Shown here piece after piece: positions 50,234 through 59,596 of a stretch of DNA of 64,000 bases. How positions within the stretch are numbered: the stretch's first letter is position 1; each line of letters starts with the position of its first letter. Source of the DNA: Spirochaetia bacterium (GTDB taxonomy: Bacteria; Spirochaetota; Spirochaetia; DSM-16054; Sediminispirochaetaceae); NCBI GenBank assembly GCA_034520965.1, contig JAXHMY010000008.1:64001-128000 (forward strand), written 5' to 3'. The notes under the pieces were generated by a model. The model made no database searches. It was not told the DNA's origin and saw only the letters and a program-made list of their open reading frames with translations. A program made the translations under genes and the position numbers.

Positions 50234-51481
50234 CTATTCCCCTTTCTTTTTGTGTGAACCCGCAAGTTTCAGGGCTACTGCTGTTTCCAGGTGATAAGTG
50301 TGGGGAAACATATCCATTGGCTGTAGTTCTGTAATTTCATAGCCGGCGTGTATAAAAGAGACCAAGTCCCGGGCAAGAATCCCTGGATTACAGGATACGT
50401 AAAGGATTAGGGGAATACCCAATGCAGCCATCGATTCCGCCTTTCCATCCAGTCCCTGTCGCGGAGGGTCGAATATCGCCACTTGGGTCTGCGAAGCCAG
50501 TTCGGTGATAGTCCGGATGATTTCTTGGAAAGGGGCCTTGCGGAAGGAATAGCTGCTTGCAGTGCCAGTCTCAGCCTCTACCCCAGCTCCGGGTTTGGCC
50601 TGGTTCTCTGGCCCGGAGGCGTCAATTTGCTCAGCAGCCCGGCGGGCCTTTTTTATGGCAGGCCGGGAAATATCATAGCCAATTACTTGTACTCCCAAGT
50701 TTGCCAAAGGAAGGGAAAGGTTCCCATCTCCGCAAAACAGGTCCAAAACAGTTTGCCCGGTCCGGCCGGTCCGGTCTGCTTGGACATGCGGCCGGACGTG
50801 GCGGAGGATAAACTCCTGCAGATGCGTATTTACCTCACGATTGGCCTGCAGAAAGCTTTGAGTGGAATGCCGGCCCTTATATATGAAATGGAAGGACGCC
50901 GATTGTCCATCCTCCGATATAATTTCAACCTCCACCGGAAGCTGTGCTGATTCTTTTTCCTGTAATCCCGCAAGTTTCTCTTTTATCCGTGGAATTACCG
51001 CATTCAAGGCCGGCTCCATTACCAGGCACTGGTCAATTGGAACTACCGTGTTGCTGTGTTCTCTGAAAAACCCCAGCTCACCGGAGGCATTTACCTTAAG
51101 CTGGGCGGTGCGGCGATAGTTGTAGGTTTTTGGTGAGGCGATGGCCGCGGGTACAGGGTAGTCGATTTTAGCGGACTTGTGCAGTACGTGCTGCAGGTGC
51201 GCCCGCTTGGACCCCAGTTGTTGCGAGTAGTCGATATGCTGCCACTGGCATCCGCCGCACTCGCCAAAGTAAGGGCAGGGGGCCTCGACTCTTTTGGGAG
51301 AGGGGGTGTCGAAGGCGACCACCCTTCCACGCAGAAACTTTTTCTTGTGCTGGGTGATCTCTACCTGCACTATATCCCCCGGCGCGGTGAAAGGTACAAA
51401 GCACACCATGTTTTCGATCCGTCCCACGCCTTCGCCGCCAAAGGCCAGATCATTAATTTCAATTCGATATAATTCATTCAT
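50234..51481 (-). CDS. TRAM-domain RNA uracil-5-methyltransferase (RlmD-like)
   Basis: TRAM N-terminus, CPYFGECGGC Fe-S motif, SFLQAN, DLFCG.G, DPPR.G, YVSCNP, DMFPHT.HLE. Confidence 0.9.
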   Translation of the reverse strand: MNELYRIEINDLAFGGEGVGRIENMVCFVPFTAPGDIVQVEITQHKKKFLRGRVVAFDTPSPKRVEAPCPYFGECGGCQWQHIDYSQQLGSKRAHLQHVLHKSAKIDYPVPAAIASPKTYNYRRTAQLKVNASGELGFFREHSNTVVPIDQCLVMEPALNAVIPRIKEKLAGLQEKESAQLPVEVEIISEDGQSASFHFIYKGRHSTQSFLQANREVNTHLQEFILRHVRPHVQADRTGRTGQTVLDLFCGDGNLSLPLANLGVQVIGYDISRPAIKKARRAAEQIDASGPENQAKPGAGVEAETGTASSYSFRKAPFQEIIRTITELASQTQVAIFDPPRQGLDGKAESMAALGIPLILYVSCNPGILARDLVSFIHAGYEITELQPMDMFPHTYHLETAVALKLAGSHKKKGE

Positions 51482-51576
51482 TACCGTCAATAGTGGTTTA
51501 AGCTTGGAAAAAAATCAACACTGCTGTACAATATCTCAAATACTCCGAGCATTATAATATCAATTGGCGGGTCTGG

Positions 51577-53034
51577 ATGCTAAGCTTTTTTAATATTGGC
51601 TCAATTTTACTCTTTATCTACTTTGCCTTCGTAATAGTGCTTACTATTCAAATTGTGCTGGATAACAAGCCCCCTGAGGTTGCAGTGGCCTGGTTACTTG
51701 CCATTTACTTTCTCCCGTATTTTGGGGCGGGGCTGTTTCTTTTAAGCGGGGTGAATTGGAAAAAAAGAAAAATCATGAAACAGCTCCCGGAACGCAGCTT
51801 TAAAACCTACCTTGGTCCTATCCTGGAGCAGCAGAAAACATTTTTGCAGGAAGCCCATACCAATAACGAGCTTGACAATGATATGGTCAAAGCCATTAGT
51901 TTAGCCCTGCAGGCCGGCAACAGCATTGTTACTCTTAATAATAGGGTTGATCTGTATTATGAGGGAGGGAAGTTTTTTGATGACTTAATAGTCGATCTGG
52001 AAAACGCCCAAGAAACCATTAATCTGGAGTTTTTCGTTTTTCGGTCGGATGAACTTGGGCGTCGCATAACGACTATTCTGGAGCGTAAGGCCCGTGAAGG
52101 GGTAAAGGTCAGGCTGCTTTTTGACGGGGTCGGCTGTTTTAACAAGCAGAGCTGGAAATTTAAACGTGAATTGAAGAATTCCGGGATCGACGCTCACTAT
52201 TTTTTGGACCCCCTGAATATCCTCTCCAGTCGTTTGTTAAACTATCGTAACCACCGTAAAATTGTGGTAATCGACGGACAAATCGGATATACCGGCGGCA
52301 TGAATATTGGGCTTGAGTATATTGACGGGGGGCCGCAGTTCCATCGCTGGCGTGATACCCATGTTCGTATGGTTGGAGAGAGTGTGCAGCTGCTGCAGGG
52401 TGTGTTTTTGTCCGACTGGTACAATAGTGGAGGAGATGTAGTTCAGGATGCTCGATTTTTCCCGCTTCCGGCTGCTCGGGGTGACTATTTGCCGACCCAA
52501 ATTGTGGTCAGTGGTCCCGATTCCGATTGGAATTCTATCAAGAAGTTGTTTCAGCTTCTTATAAGCAATGCAAATTCCCGAATTTGCATACAAAGCCCCT
52601 ATTTTATTCCGGATCAGTCACTGATGAACGCCCTCGAAACGGCCGCTCTCAGCGGGGTAGAGGTAAATTTGATGATGACCGGCTTGCCGGATAAACGAGT
52701 TCCCTTCTGGGTTGCCCATACGTATTTTGAAGATCTGTTAAAGGCGGGGGTACACATTTATTTATATGAAGGGGGTTTTTTGCATGCCAAGGTTTTGATT
52801 GTTGATGAAATGATGTCGACTGTCGGCAGCTGTAATATGGATATTCGTAGTTTTCATCTGGATTACGAGGTAAATGCATTTTTTTATAATGCAGAAATTA
52901 CCGCCGATCTTATTGCACAATTCAACGCTGATGTTGCAGAATGTAAAAAGATCACCTTTGAAGACATCCGGGAGTTTTCAATTCTCCGTCGTCTGAGAAA
53001 CTCGATTTTTAGAATGATTGCTCCCGTGCTGTAA
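51577..53034 (+). CDS. cls: Cardiolipin synthase
   Basis: Two N-terminal TMs; HKD motifs NHRKIVVIDG and LHAKVLIVD. Confidence 0.93.
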   Translation: MLSFFNIGSILLFIYFAFVIVLTIQIVLDNKPPEVAVAWLLAIYFLPYFGAGLFLLSGVNWKKRKIMKQLPERSFKTYLGPILEQQKTFLQEAHTNNELDNDMVKAISLALQAGNSIVTLNNRVDLYYEGGKFFDDLIVDLENAQETINLEFFVFRSDELGRRITTILERKAREGVKVRLLFDGVGCFNKQSWKFKRELKNSGIDAHYFLDPLNILSSRLLNYRNHRKIVVIDGQIGYTGGMNIGLEYIDGGPQFHRWRDTHVRMVGESVQLLQGVFLSDWYNSGGDVVQDARFFPLPAARGDYLPTQIVVSGPDSDWNSIKKLFQLLISNANSRICIQSPYFIPDQSLMNALETAALSGVEVNLMMTGLPDKRVPFWVAHTYFEDLLKAGVHIYLYEGGFLHAKVLIVDEMMSTVGSCNMDIRSFHLDYEVNAFFYNAEITADLIAQFNADVAECKKITFEDIREFSILRRLRNSIFRMIAPVL

Positions 53035-53071
53035 CCGGCCTAAAAGGGAGCACTAATAAGAGGTAGTGTAA

Positions 53072-55033
53072 TTGAATAAATTTTTGCTTCACAGCAGTTC
53101 CATGGTGGTGCTCCTTTCTTTATTTTTGATGTCTATTCCCCAGTTCGTCTTTGGTTCCGACATCTCCTCCGGTCAAGATCTCGGACTTACCCATATTGCC
53201 CGGGCCGATAACGGGGGAATGTATGCCCTGTCGAGTAATAAGGGGGCCTTGTATTCAAAGGACCGCGGCCGTAAATGGCAGACTATCAATCAGGGATTGC
53301 CCCTTGAACAAGTGTGGCCCTTTGACCGGAGACATTACCGTCGGTTTACCTCCTTCAGTCTTGATAGTCAGGATACCCACCGGTTAGCAGCTACTACCAG
53401 TTCCGCCCTGTACACCAGCAGAGACGCCGGCCGTACTTGGGCGGAAGTGAGGCTTAGCTATCCGGTAAAATCCAGGGATTACCTCACTGCGGTGAGCTTT
53501 GATCCCGATCAACCCCGGCGGATATACCTCGGCACTTCCTTTAACGGACTGTTCGTTAGTGAAGATGAAGGCCGCAACTGGAGAAAAGAGTCCGAGTACT
53601 TGGATAAGCTCTATCGGGGAGCCGGCTTTTATGAGGAAATTACCGATCTTACGATGGTTCCCGGCCTGGAAAAGCAGCTTTTTATTGCTTCCAGCTTTGA
53701 TAATCTCATTTACCGGTATCATACCGAGACCCACGAGATTTCTGTTATTGAACTCCCGGAGCAGGTGAAAGGATTGCTGTCCATTAATAATTACAGGGGG
53801 GGAATTACAGACGACCCGTCTCTGGAGGTGCATTCTGAAGGCAGCCGGGGGGTGTATAACTTACAGAGCAGACAGTGGAGTTTTCGACCGCCCCTGCTGC
53901 GGTCACAAAATCGTGGAAACAGCGATCCAAGGGACAACGAGATCGAAGCTGCACAAGAAGAAATCCGTGCAATATATCTGAATGCCTATAATGTGACCGG
54001 AACGCGGCTGGAGGACCATATCTCTTTTATGAAAGAGCATGGGTTTAACGGTATCGTGGTGGATGTAAAAGATGATTGGGGCCGTTTGACCTACGGCTCG
54101 GAGCTTAAGCGCCCTGCAGAAATCGGCGCAGTTCATACGGTTTTTGATATTGAAGAACTGCTGAAGAAAGCCCATGACGAGGGCTTGTATATTATCGGTC
54201 GGATGGTTGTGTTTAAGGATAAGCGCCTGTATCAAGCTGATAACTACGCCCAGGCTCTGTGGGATGTAGAAAAGGATGCGCCCTGGGGGCACATGGTTTC
54301 TGAAACATATGAACAGGAGGGGAAACAGAAAAGCCGCTTTGTGCAGCGGGAGTTCTGGACCGACCCCTTTAGCGAGGCTGTGTGGGATTACAACCTAGAA
54401 ATTGCGGAAGAACTCGAAGCCATGGGAATAGATGAAATACAGTTCGATTACATTCGATTTCCTTCCGACGGTGACCTCTCGACAGTCCGTTATCGGCACC
54501 GTAAACCGGGCATGCAGAAGACTGAAGCCATCGAGTCGTTTGCGAAAAAGGCAGCAGCTAAACTCTCAGTTCCAATTTCCGCAGATCTGTATGGGTTCAA
54601 TTCATGGTATCGGATGGGAAATTGGATCGGACAGGACATCGCTATGCTGGCCGAATATGTCGATGTGATTTGCCCGATGTACTATCCCTCCCATTTTCCT
54701 CATCAGTTTCTTTCACAGGATAATTACATCGAGCGTGCCTTTGAACTGTACAAGAAGGGCACCCAACGGGCACAGCTGATTGTCGGGGCAGGTACCAGTA
54801 TCCGTCCCTATGTGCAGGCTTTTCTGATGGGCCATGAATTGTCGATGGAGGAAGCGGAATACCACAGCTATCTCAACCGTCAGTTAGAGGGCATACTCCA
54901 GGCTGAAGGAGGCGGCTACACCCTGTGGAATAATATGAACAAGTACTATATGGTAAACGGAAGGGTGTCGGAATTGAACCAGTGGATGTTGGAATTAGAA
55001 GAGGCGGGAGAGACGCCGAATCCGACACTATAA
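53072..55033 (+). CDS. Exported protein: Asp-box beta-propeller fused to putative glycoside hydrolase (DUF4015-like)
   Basis: SxDxGxxW repeats (SKDRGRKW, SRDAGRTW, SEDEGRNW); VVDVKDD.G, DEIQFDYIRFP, PMYYPSHF. Confidence 0.75.
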   Translation: MNKFLLHSSSMVVLLSLFLMSIPQFVFGSDISSGQDLGLTHIARADNGGMYALSSNKGALYSKDRGRKWQTINQGLPLEQVWPFDRRHYRRFTSFSLDSQDTHRLAATTSSALYTSRDAGRTWAEVRLSYPVKSRDYLTAVSFDPDQPRRIYLGTSFNGLFVSEDEGRNWRKESEYLDKLYRGAGFYEEITDLTMVPGLEKQLFIASSFDNLIYRYHTETHEISVIELPEQVKGLLSINNYRGGITDDPSLEVHSEGSRGVYNLQSRQWSFRPPLLRSQNRGNSDPRDNEIEAAQEEIRAIYLNAYNVTGTRLEDHISFMKEHGFNGIVVDVKDDWGRLTYGSELKRPAEIGAVHTVFDIEELLKKAHDEGLYIIGRMVVFKDKRLYQADNYAQALWDVEKDAPWGHMVSETYEQEGKQKSRFVQREFWTDPFSEAVWDYNLEIAEELEAMGIDEIQFDYIRFPSDGDLSTVRYRHRKPGMQKTEAIESFAKKAAAKLSVPISADLYGFNSWYRMGNWIGQDIAMLAEYVDVICPMYYPSHFPHQFLSQDNYIERAFELYKKGTQRAQLIVGAGTSIRPYVQAFLMGHELSMEEAEYHSYLNRQLEGILQAEGGGYTLWNNMNKYYMVNGRVSELNQWMLELEEAGETPNPTL

Positions 55034-55057
55034 CTACGTGAGGAGTCGCGCAGAGGT

Positions 55058-55864
55058 ATGGATTTATTCAGTGATGTATGGCTAGTAACGAATGTCCTGA
55101 GGCCGTTCTTAGATATCTCTATTCTGGCCTTTCTGTTCTACCAGATCTACAAGCTTATTGCTCAGACTCGTGCTATTCAGTTGATAAAAGGGGCTATGTT
55201 TCTTTTATTGATTTATGCGGTGGCCTTTTTCTTTCATCTGCAGACCCTGTTGTGGATTATAAACAGTTTAGCTACAGTGCTGGTGATTGTTATAGCGATT
55301 GTATTTCAGCCGGAACTGCGCGCAATGTTTACGCGTATCGGACGGGGGGAGCTGTTTCGCTTTGCCTCTCGGGCTAACGTGGAACATATTGAAACCGTTA
55401 TCAATGCCTTGGAAGTGCTGGCAGGCCGTAAAAGGGGTGCTTTGATTGTATTTCCCCGGCAGGTAGGTCTAAAAAACCTAATCGACAATGGAACCCGTCT
55501 GAATGCCGAGCTGTCATCGAGCCTGTTAATTACAATTTTTGGCTTTGACACTCCCCTCCACGACGGAGCGGTGGTAGTGCAATCGGGAAAGCTGGTTGCG
55601 GCCGCCTGTTTTTTACCTTTGAGTGAGCAGGTAGATATACGCCGCAGTTTTGGTACACGACACCGAGCGGCACTGGGAATGGCTGAAGAAACCGACTCGG
55701 TAATTTTGGTGTTGTCCGAGGAGACCGGAGCCTTGTCTTTGGCATACGATGCAAACCTCTATTATGATCTGTCCTCAAAAGAGGTGCGTCGGACACTGGG
55801 GAACCTGCTGGGAGTATCCGGGGAATCAGCGGAAGAGAGTGAGGATATTTCAGTTGCATCTTAA
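55058..55864 (+). CDS. cdaA: Diadenylate cyclase
   Basis: Three TMs, VFQPELR, TPLHDGA, FGTRHRAA. Confidence 0.95.
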   Translation: MDLFSDVWLVTNVLRPFLDISILAFLFYQIYKLIAQTRAIQLIKGAMFLLLIYAVAFFFHLQTLLWIINSLATVLVIVIAIVFQPELRAMFTRIGRGELFRFASRANVEHIETVINALEVLAGRKRGALIVFPRQVGLKNLIDNGTRLNAELSSSLLITIFGFDTPLHDGAVVVQSGKLVAAACFLPLSEQVDIRRSFGTRHRAALGMAEETDSVILVLSEETGALSLAYDANLYYDLSSKEVRRTLGNLLGVSGESAEESEDISVAS

Positions 55865-56807
55865 TAAAATTTTTGAACGAATCACCCATAACTGGCCCAT
55901 AAAAATTCTCTCGATTACAGCGGCGGTACTGCTGTTTCTGTTTAATCAAATGGCCACACTTGAAGAGCGCTTTCTGAGCGTTCCCTTGGAAATTCGTACC
56001 AGCGAACAGTATATACCTGCAGAGAATTACCCGCACACAGTGCGAGTAACAATGCGGGGGCAGAGTGAGGACATAAACCTCGTGTTGGAAGATGATGTAA
56101 AAGTATATGCTGATTTTAGCGAATACAGCCGGGAGGGGCGGTACACTGTGCCTATCCGGGTAGTGAAAGAGGGCCGCTTGGCCCATATAGACCCCCTTGA
56201 ACTGCATGTAGAGCCCAAAAAAATAAGCTTAAAGATAGAAAAAAAACTATCTAAAAGTGTAGATATAGAACCGCGCTTAGTCGGATATCCAGCTAAGGGA
56301 TATGAACTTACCCAATATTTTCTCACCCCGTCATCAGTTGAGATAGAAGGGGTGGAGAGTACTGTAAAGGGCCTTGAATCTATAGAGACGGAACCCATCG
56401 ATCTGTCGGGAAGGAACGAAGATTTTACCGTGCGTTTACGATTGAAGAAGCCGGATCAGTTTACAGCATTTCCCGGGGGCGATACGGTGGAGTTTTTTGG
56501 TATAGTACAAGAGAAGACTATTCTTAAGACTGTTGAGGATATCGATTTAATAGCTCTGGATCTGGCCGGTGATTTAGCAGTTTCCGGAGTACCCGAAGAC
56601 GCCTGGATGACGGTACAGGGGAGTCAGTTACAGCTGGAGCAGGTGAATAATGAAGATTTTATGCTTACCTTTGACTGTTCCGATATTGAAGAGCCGGGTA
56701 CATACACTCTTTCGGTAACACCGGATGTGCCGCGGGGAGTGCTTGTGATGAAATACAGCCCCACCAGTGTAGAGATAGAAGTTTCCGAATTAGAGGAGCC
56801 GGAATGA
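55854..56807 (+). CDS. cdaR: CdaA regulator, YbbR-domain protein
   Basis: NWPIKILS..AA..L TM anchor, YbbR repeats; follows cdaA; TTG start inferred. Confidence 0.85.
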   Translation: MHLNKIFERITHNWPIKILSITAAVLLFLFNQMATLEERFLSVPLEIRTSEQYIPAENYPHTVRVTMRGQSEDINLVLEDDVKVYADFSEYSREGRYTVPIRVVKEGRLAHIDPLELHVEPKKISLKIEKKLSKSVDIEPRLVGYPAKGYELTQYFLTPSSVEIEGVESTVKGLESIETEPIDLSGRNEDFTVRLRLKKPDQFTAFPGGDTVEFFGIVQEKTILKTVEDIDLIALDLAGDLAVSGVPEDAWMTVQGSQLQLEQVNNEDFMLTFDCSDIEEPGTYTLSVTPDVPRGVLVMKYSPTSVEIEVSELEEPE

Positions 56808-57178
56808 TTTTAGGAATGGGTATAGATATAGTAAGCGTAGAGCGGATGCGTCACTGGTGGAAAAACGATAGGCTGCTGCGTCGGTTTTTTCATGACGATG
56901 AAATTGAGGCGGTGCACCATAGAAAAAGCGGCTCTATACTCTCTTTGGCAGCCCGTTTTGCTGCGAAAGAGGCCTTCGGCAAAGCTCTCGGAACCGGTAT
57001 GCGAGGTTTGGTTCTGCGGGATATTCAGGTAGTGAACTCTCATAATGGAAAACCGGATATTCAGCTGCACGGTACTGCCTTGGAGGCTTTCCATCGGCAT
57101 CGAGGCCATTCAATTCATCTTACCATGACCCATGAACACGATATGGCAGTAGCTTTAATAGTAATAGAGGGAGATTGA
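56804..57178 (+). CDS. acpS: Holo-ACP synthase
   Basis: GIDIV, LAARFAAKEAFGKALGTG, GKP, TH. Confidence 0.95.
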   Translation: MILGMGIDIVSVERMRHWWKNDRLLRRFFHDDEIEAVHHRKSGSILSLAARFAAKEAFGKALGTGMRGLVLRDIQVVNSHNGKPDIQLHGTALEAFHRHRGHSIHLTMTHEHDMAVALIVIEGD

Positions 57179-57179
57179 G

Positions 57180-58028
57180 ATGAGTGTAAAAGCCGGCGAT
57201 TCTATTACCTTTTTTTCTAAAAATAGTATCACTTGTCCGGTGTGCAGCAGTGAGTTTTATAGGGAAGATTTGCGTACAGGACGCGGTCGCTTGATTGCAG
57301 GCTCGCTTACGGAGGAGCTGCGCCGGCTGTATGAACCTACCGAAAAATACGGTGAGGTGTATCCCCTGATCTACAGTATAACCGTCTGCCCGGAATGTCT
57401 CTATGCAGCTTTTCCACAGGATTTTGACGCTATCCCGCCGGCTACAGCCACCGCCTTGGATGAGTCCCGCGAGAGCCGCCGGAATAGTCTGTTGAAAATA
57501 TTTCCCGATTTGGATTTTACTCAACCCCGTGATTTGCCCTCAGGAATTGCCTCCTACCACTATGCAATGATGAGTATGGAATCCTTCCCCCCTGAGATGA
57601 GTCCCACTATCAAAAAAGGTCTGTGTTCCCTGCGGGCTGCATGGTTATGTAACGACCTTCACCGTAAGCAGCCCGGAGAACATTATGACTATCTTGGCCA
57701 GCTCTACTATCATAAGGCCTGGTTTTTTTACTTAGAAGCCCTTCGGTATGAAGAGGAGGGGAAGGAAGGCATCACGGATGCCGGTTTTCTCGGACCTGAT
57801 TTAGATCAGAATTACGGCTATGACGGAGTATTGTATATTTCCGCTTTGCTGGAGTTTAATTACGGAGCACAGGACAATGAGGAAACACGTCGGATGTCTC
57901 TGGAACGGGCTAAAACTACTGTAGGAAGGCTGTTTGGATTGGGTAAGGCCTCCAAAGATAAACCTTCGACATTGTTGGAACGGGCGCGCGACCTGCATGC
58001 GAGTATTAACAGTGAACTAAAAGGTTGA
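57180..58028 (+). CDS. DUF2225 domain protein
   Basis: CPVC and VCPECLYA Zn-like motifs, LRAAWL, helical C-terminus. Confidence 0.8.
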   Translation: MSVKAGDSITFFSKNSITCPVCSSEFYREDLRTGRGRLIAGSLTEELRRLYEPTEKYGEVYPLIYSITVCPECLYAAFPQDFDAIPPATATALDESRESRRNSLLKIFPDLDFTQPRDLPSGIASYHYAMMSMESFPPEMSPTIKKGLCSLRAAWLCNDLHRKQPGEHYDYLGQLYYHKAWFFYLEALRYEEEGKEGITDAGFLGPDLDQNYGYDGVLYISALLEFNYGAQDNEETRRMSLERAKTTVGRLFGLGKASKDKPSTLLERARDLHASINSELKG

Positions 58029-58044
58029 TTGAGAGTATTTGGCA

Positions 58045-58806
58045 ATGGCGGCTCGAATAAAAGTGACAATTGCGTATGATGGTACGCGTTATGCCGGGTG
58101 GCAGATTCAGCCTAAAGACCCGACGATTCAGGCGGAAGTAGAGCGAGCTGCTGCTGCGGTGCTGAATCAAAAAGTAGCGGTAGTTGCCTCTGGGCGGACC
58201 GACTCAGGAGTGCATGCCCGCGGTCAGGTGTGTCACTTCGATTCTCCTAACGAGCGTATGCCACCGGAAAAGTACTCCCTGGCGCTGAACCGCCACCTTC
58301 CGCAGGATATACGGGTTCTTGAAAGCCGCCTGGTTGCGAATGATTTTCATGCCAGGTATAGTGCCGTTGCGCGGGAGTACCGCTACTATCTGCTTCAATC
58401 ACGCATTGCCGAGCCCTTTGACCGTCCGTACTGTTATTCCCATTCCCAGCTTCCACCGGTAGCACTGCTGGACGCATATGCCGCCTGTCTGGTTGGGGTG
58501 CATGACTTTACCACTTTTTCTGCAATCGGTGACGAAAGCCTTTCTAAAGTAAGAAAAGTCCACTCGGCTTCGGTTTTTATGCAGAAGGGAGCAGTGGTGT
58601 TTCGGATTGTTGGAAATGCCTTTTTATGGCGGATGGTACGGTCCTTGGTAGGAACAATGCTGGAGTTGGGACGAGCCGGGGAAGATCCCCAATGCATGGC
58701 ACGGCTGATCCATCGGCAGGAGCGAACCGCAGCCGGGGCGACCGCCCCGCCGCAGGGTCTATTTTTACATAAGGTGAGTTATGGAACATCCGACAGAAGA
58801 AGATAA
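58045..58806 (+). CDS. truA: tRNA pseudouridine(38-40) synthase
   Basis: YDGT.Y.GWQ.Q, SGRTDSGVHA, FHARYSA, FLWRMVR. Confidence 0.95.
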   Translation: MAARIKVTIAYDGTRYAGWQIQPKDPTIQAEVERAAAAVLNQKVAVVASGRTDSGVHARGQVCHFDSPNERMPPEKYSLALNRHLPQDIRVLESRLVANDFHARYSAVAREYRYYLLQSRIAEPFDRPYCYSHSQLPPVALLDAYAACLVGVHDFTTFSAIGDESLSKVRKVHSASVFMQKGAVVFRIVGNAFLWRMVRSLVGTMLELGRAGEDPQCMARLIHRQERTAAGATAPPQGLFLHKVSYGTSDRRR

Positions 58807-59593
58807 ACTTAAAATTTATTGGCACATATTGCGCTCTGCCGAGGCGTATTTGCAGGGCGGGTGGCCCGTAGATACCTCCGACCCGCCCCAGAAGCTGTAT
58901 CCACCGGGTACCCGAAGTGTCGACCAGGGTTTCGATCAATTGCGCTCACACTTCAGTGGGGATTCCCGGTATCGGGAGGAAACCCAAGGCCGGTCCCAGG
59001 GCAGTGCCGACTCCCAAAGCCCCGCTTTTGATACCCTCGATCAGATTTCCGCTGAAATTCGGACGTGTCAGAAATGCCGTCTCGCGGGAAATCGGATTAA
59101 TGCCGTGCCCGGAGACGGGGCTCCCAATCCAAAACTTATGATTATCGGCGAGGCTCCCGGTGCGCAGGAGGATGCAAGTGGTCATGCCTTTGTTGGACGT
59201 GCCGGGCAGTATCTTGATAAATGGCTACAGGCTATAAATTTAGACCGAGCCCGGGATGTGTTTATCGGAAACATTATAAAATGCCGGCCCCCCGATAATC
59301 GTGACCCCCTGCCGGATGAAACTGCAGCATGTATGCCTTATTTGCACCGACAGTTGGATATTATACAGCCGAGGGCAATTTTAACTCTTGGAAGAATATC
59401 TACCCATATTCTAACCGGCACAAGCGATGGAATTGGCAAGCTCCATGGCCGAACTTATCATTTCAGGGGTGTTCCGCTTATTCCCACTTATCACCCCAGC
59501 GCGGTGTTGCGGAACCCGGTCTACCGCAAACCCGTATGGGATGATCTGCAGAAGCTGCAGCGACTCATCGAACAGCAGGAAGCGGGGGCCTAA
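58781..59593 (+). CDS. Uracil-DNA glycosylase family 4
   Basis: C..C.L, IGEAPG.QED, FVGRAG, KCRPP.NR.P, TYHPS. Confidence 0.9.
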   Translation: MEHPTEEDKLKIYWHILRSAEAYLQGGWPVDTSDPPQKLYPPGTRSVDQGFDQLRSHFSGDSRYREETQGRSQGSADSQSPAFDTLDQISAEIRTCQKCRLAGNRINAVPGDGAPNPKLMIIGEAPGAQEDASGHAFVGRAGQYLDKWLQAINLDRARDVFIGNIIKCRPPDNRDPLPDETAACMPYLHRQLDIIQPRAILTLGRISTHILTGTSDGIGKLHGRTYHFRGVPLIPTYHPSAVLRNPVYRKPVWDDLQKLQRLIEQQEAGA

Positions 59594-59596
59594 AGG

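Noticed and set aside
50224..50300. 6S RNA upstream of the 5-formyl-THF cyclo-ligase
   Set aside because: The upstream methyltransferase gene ends 10 nt away, leaving no room.
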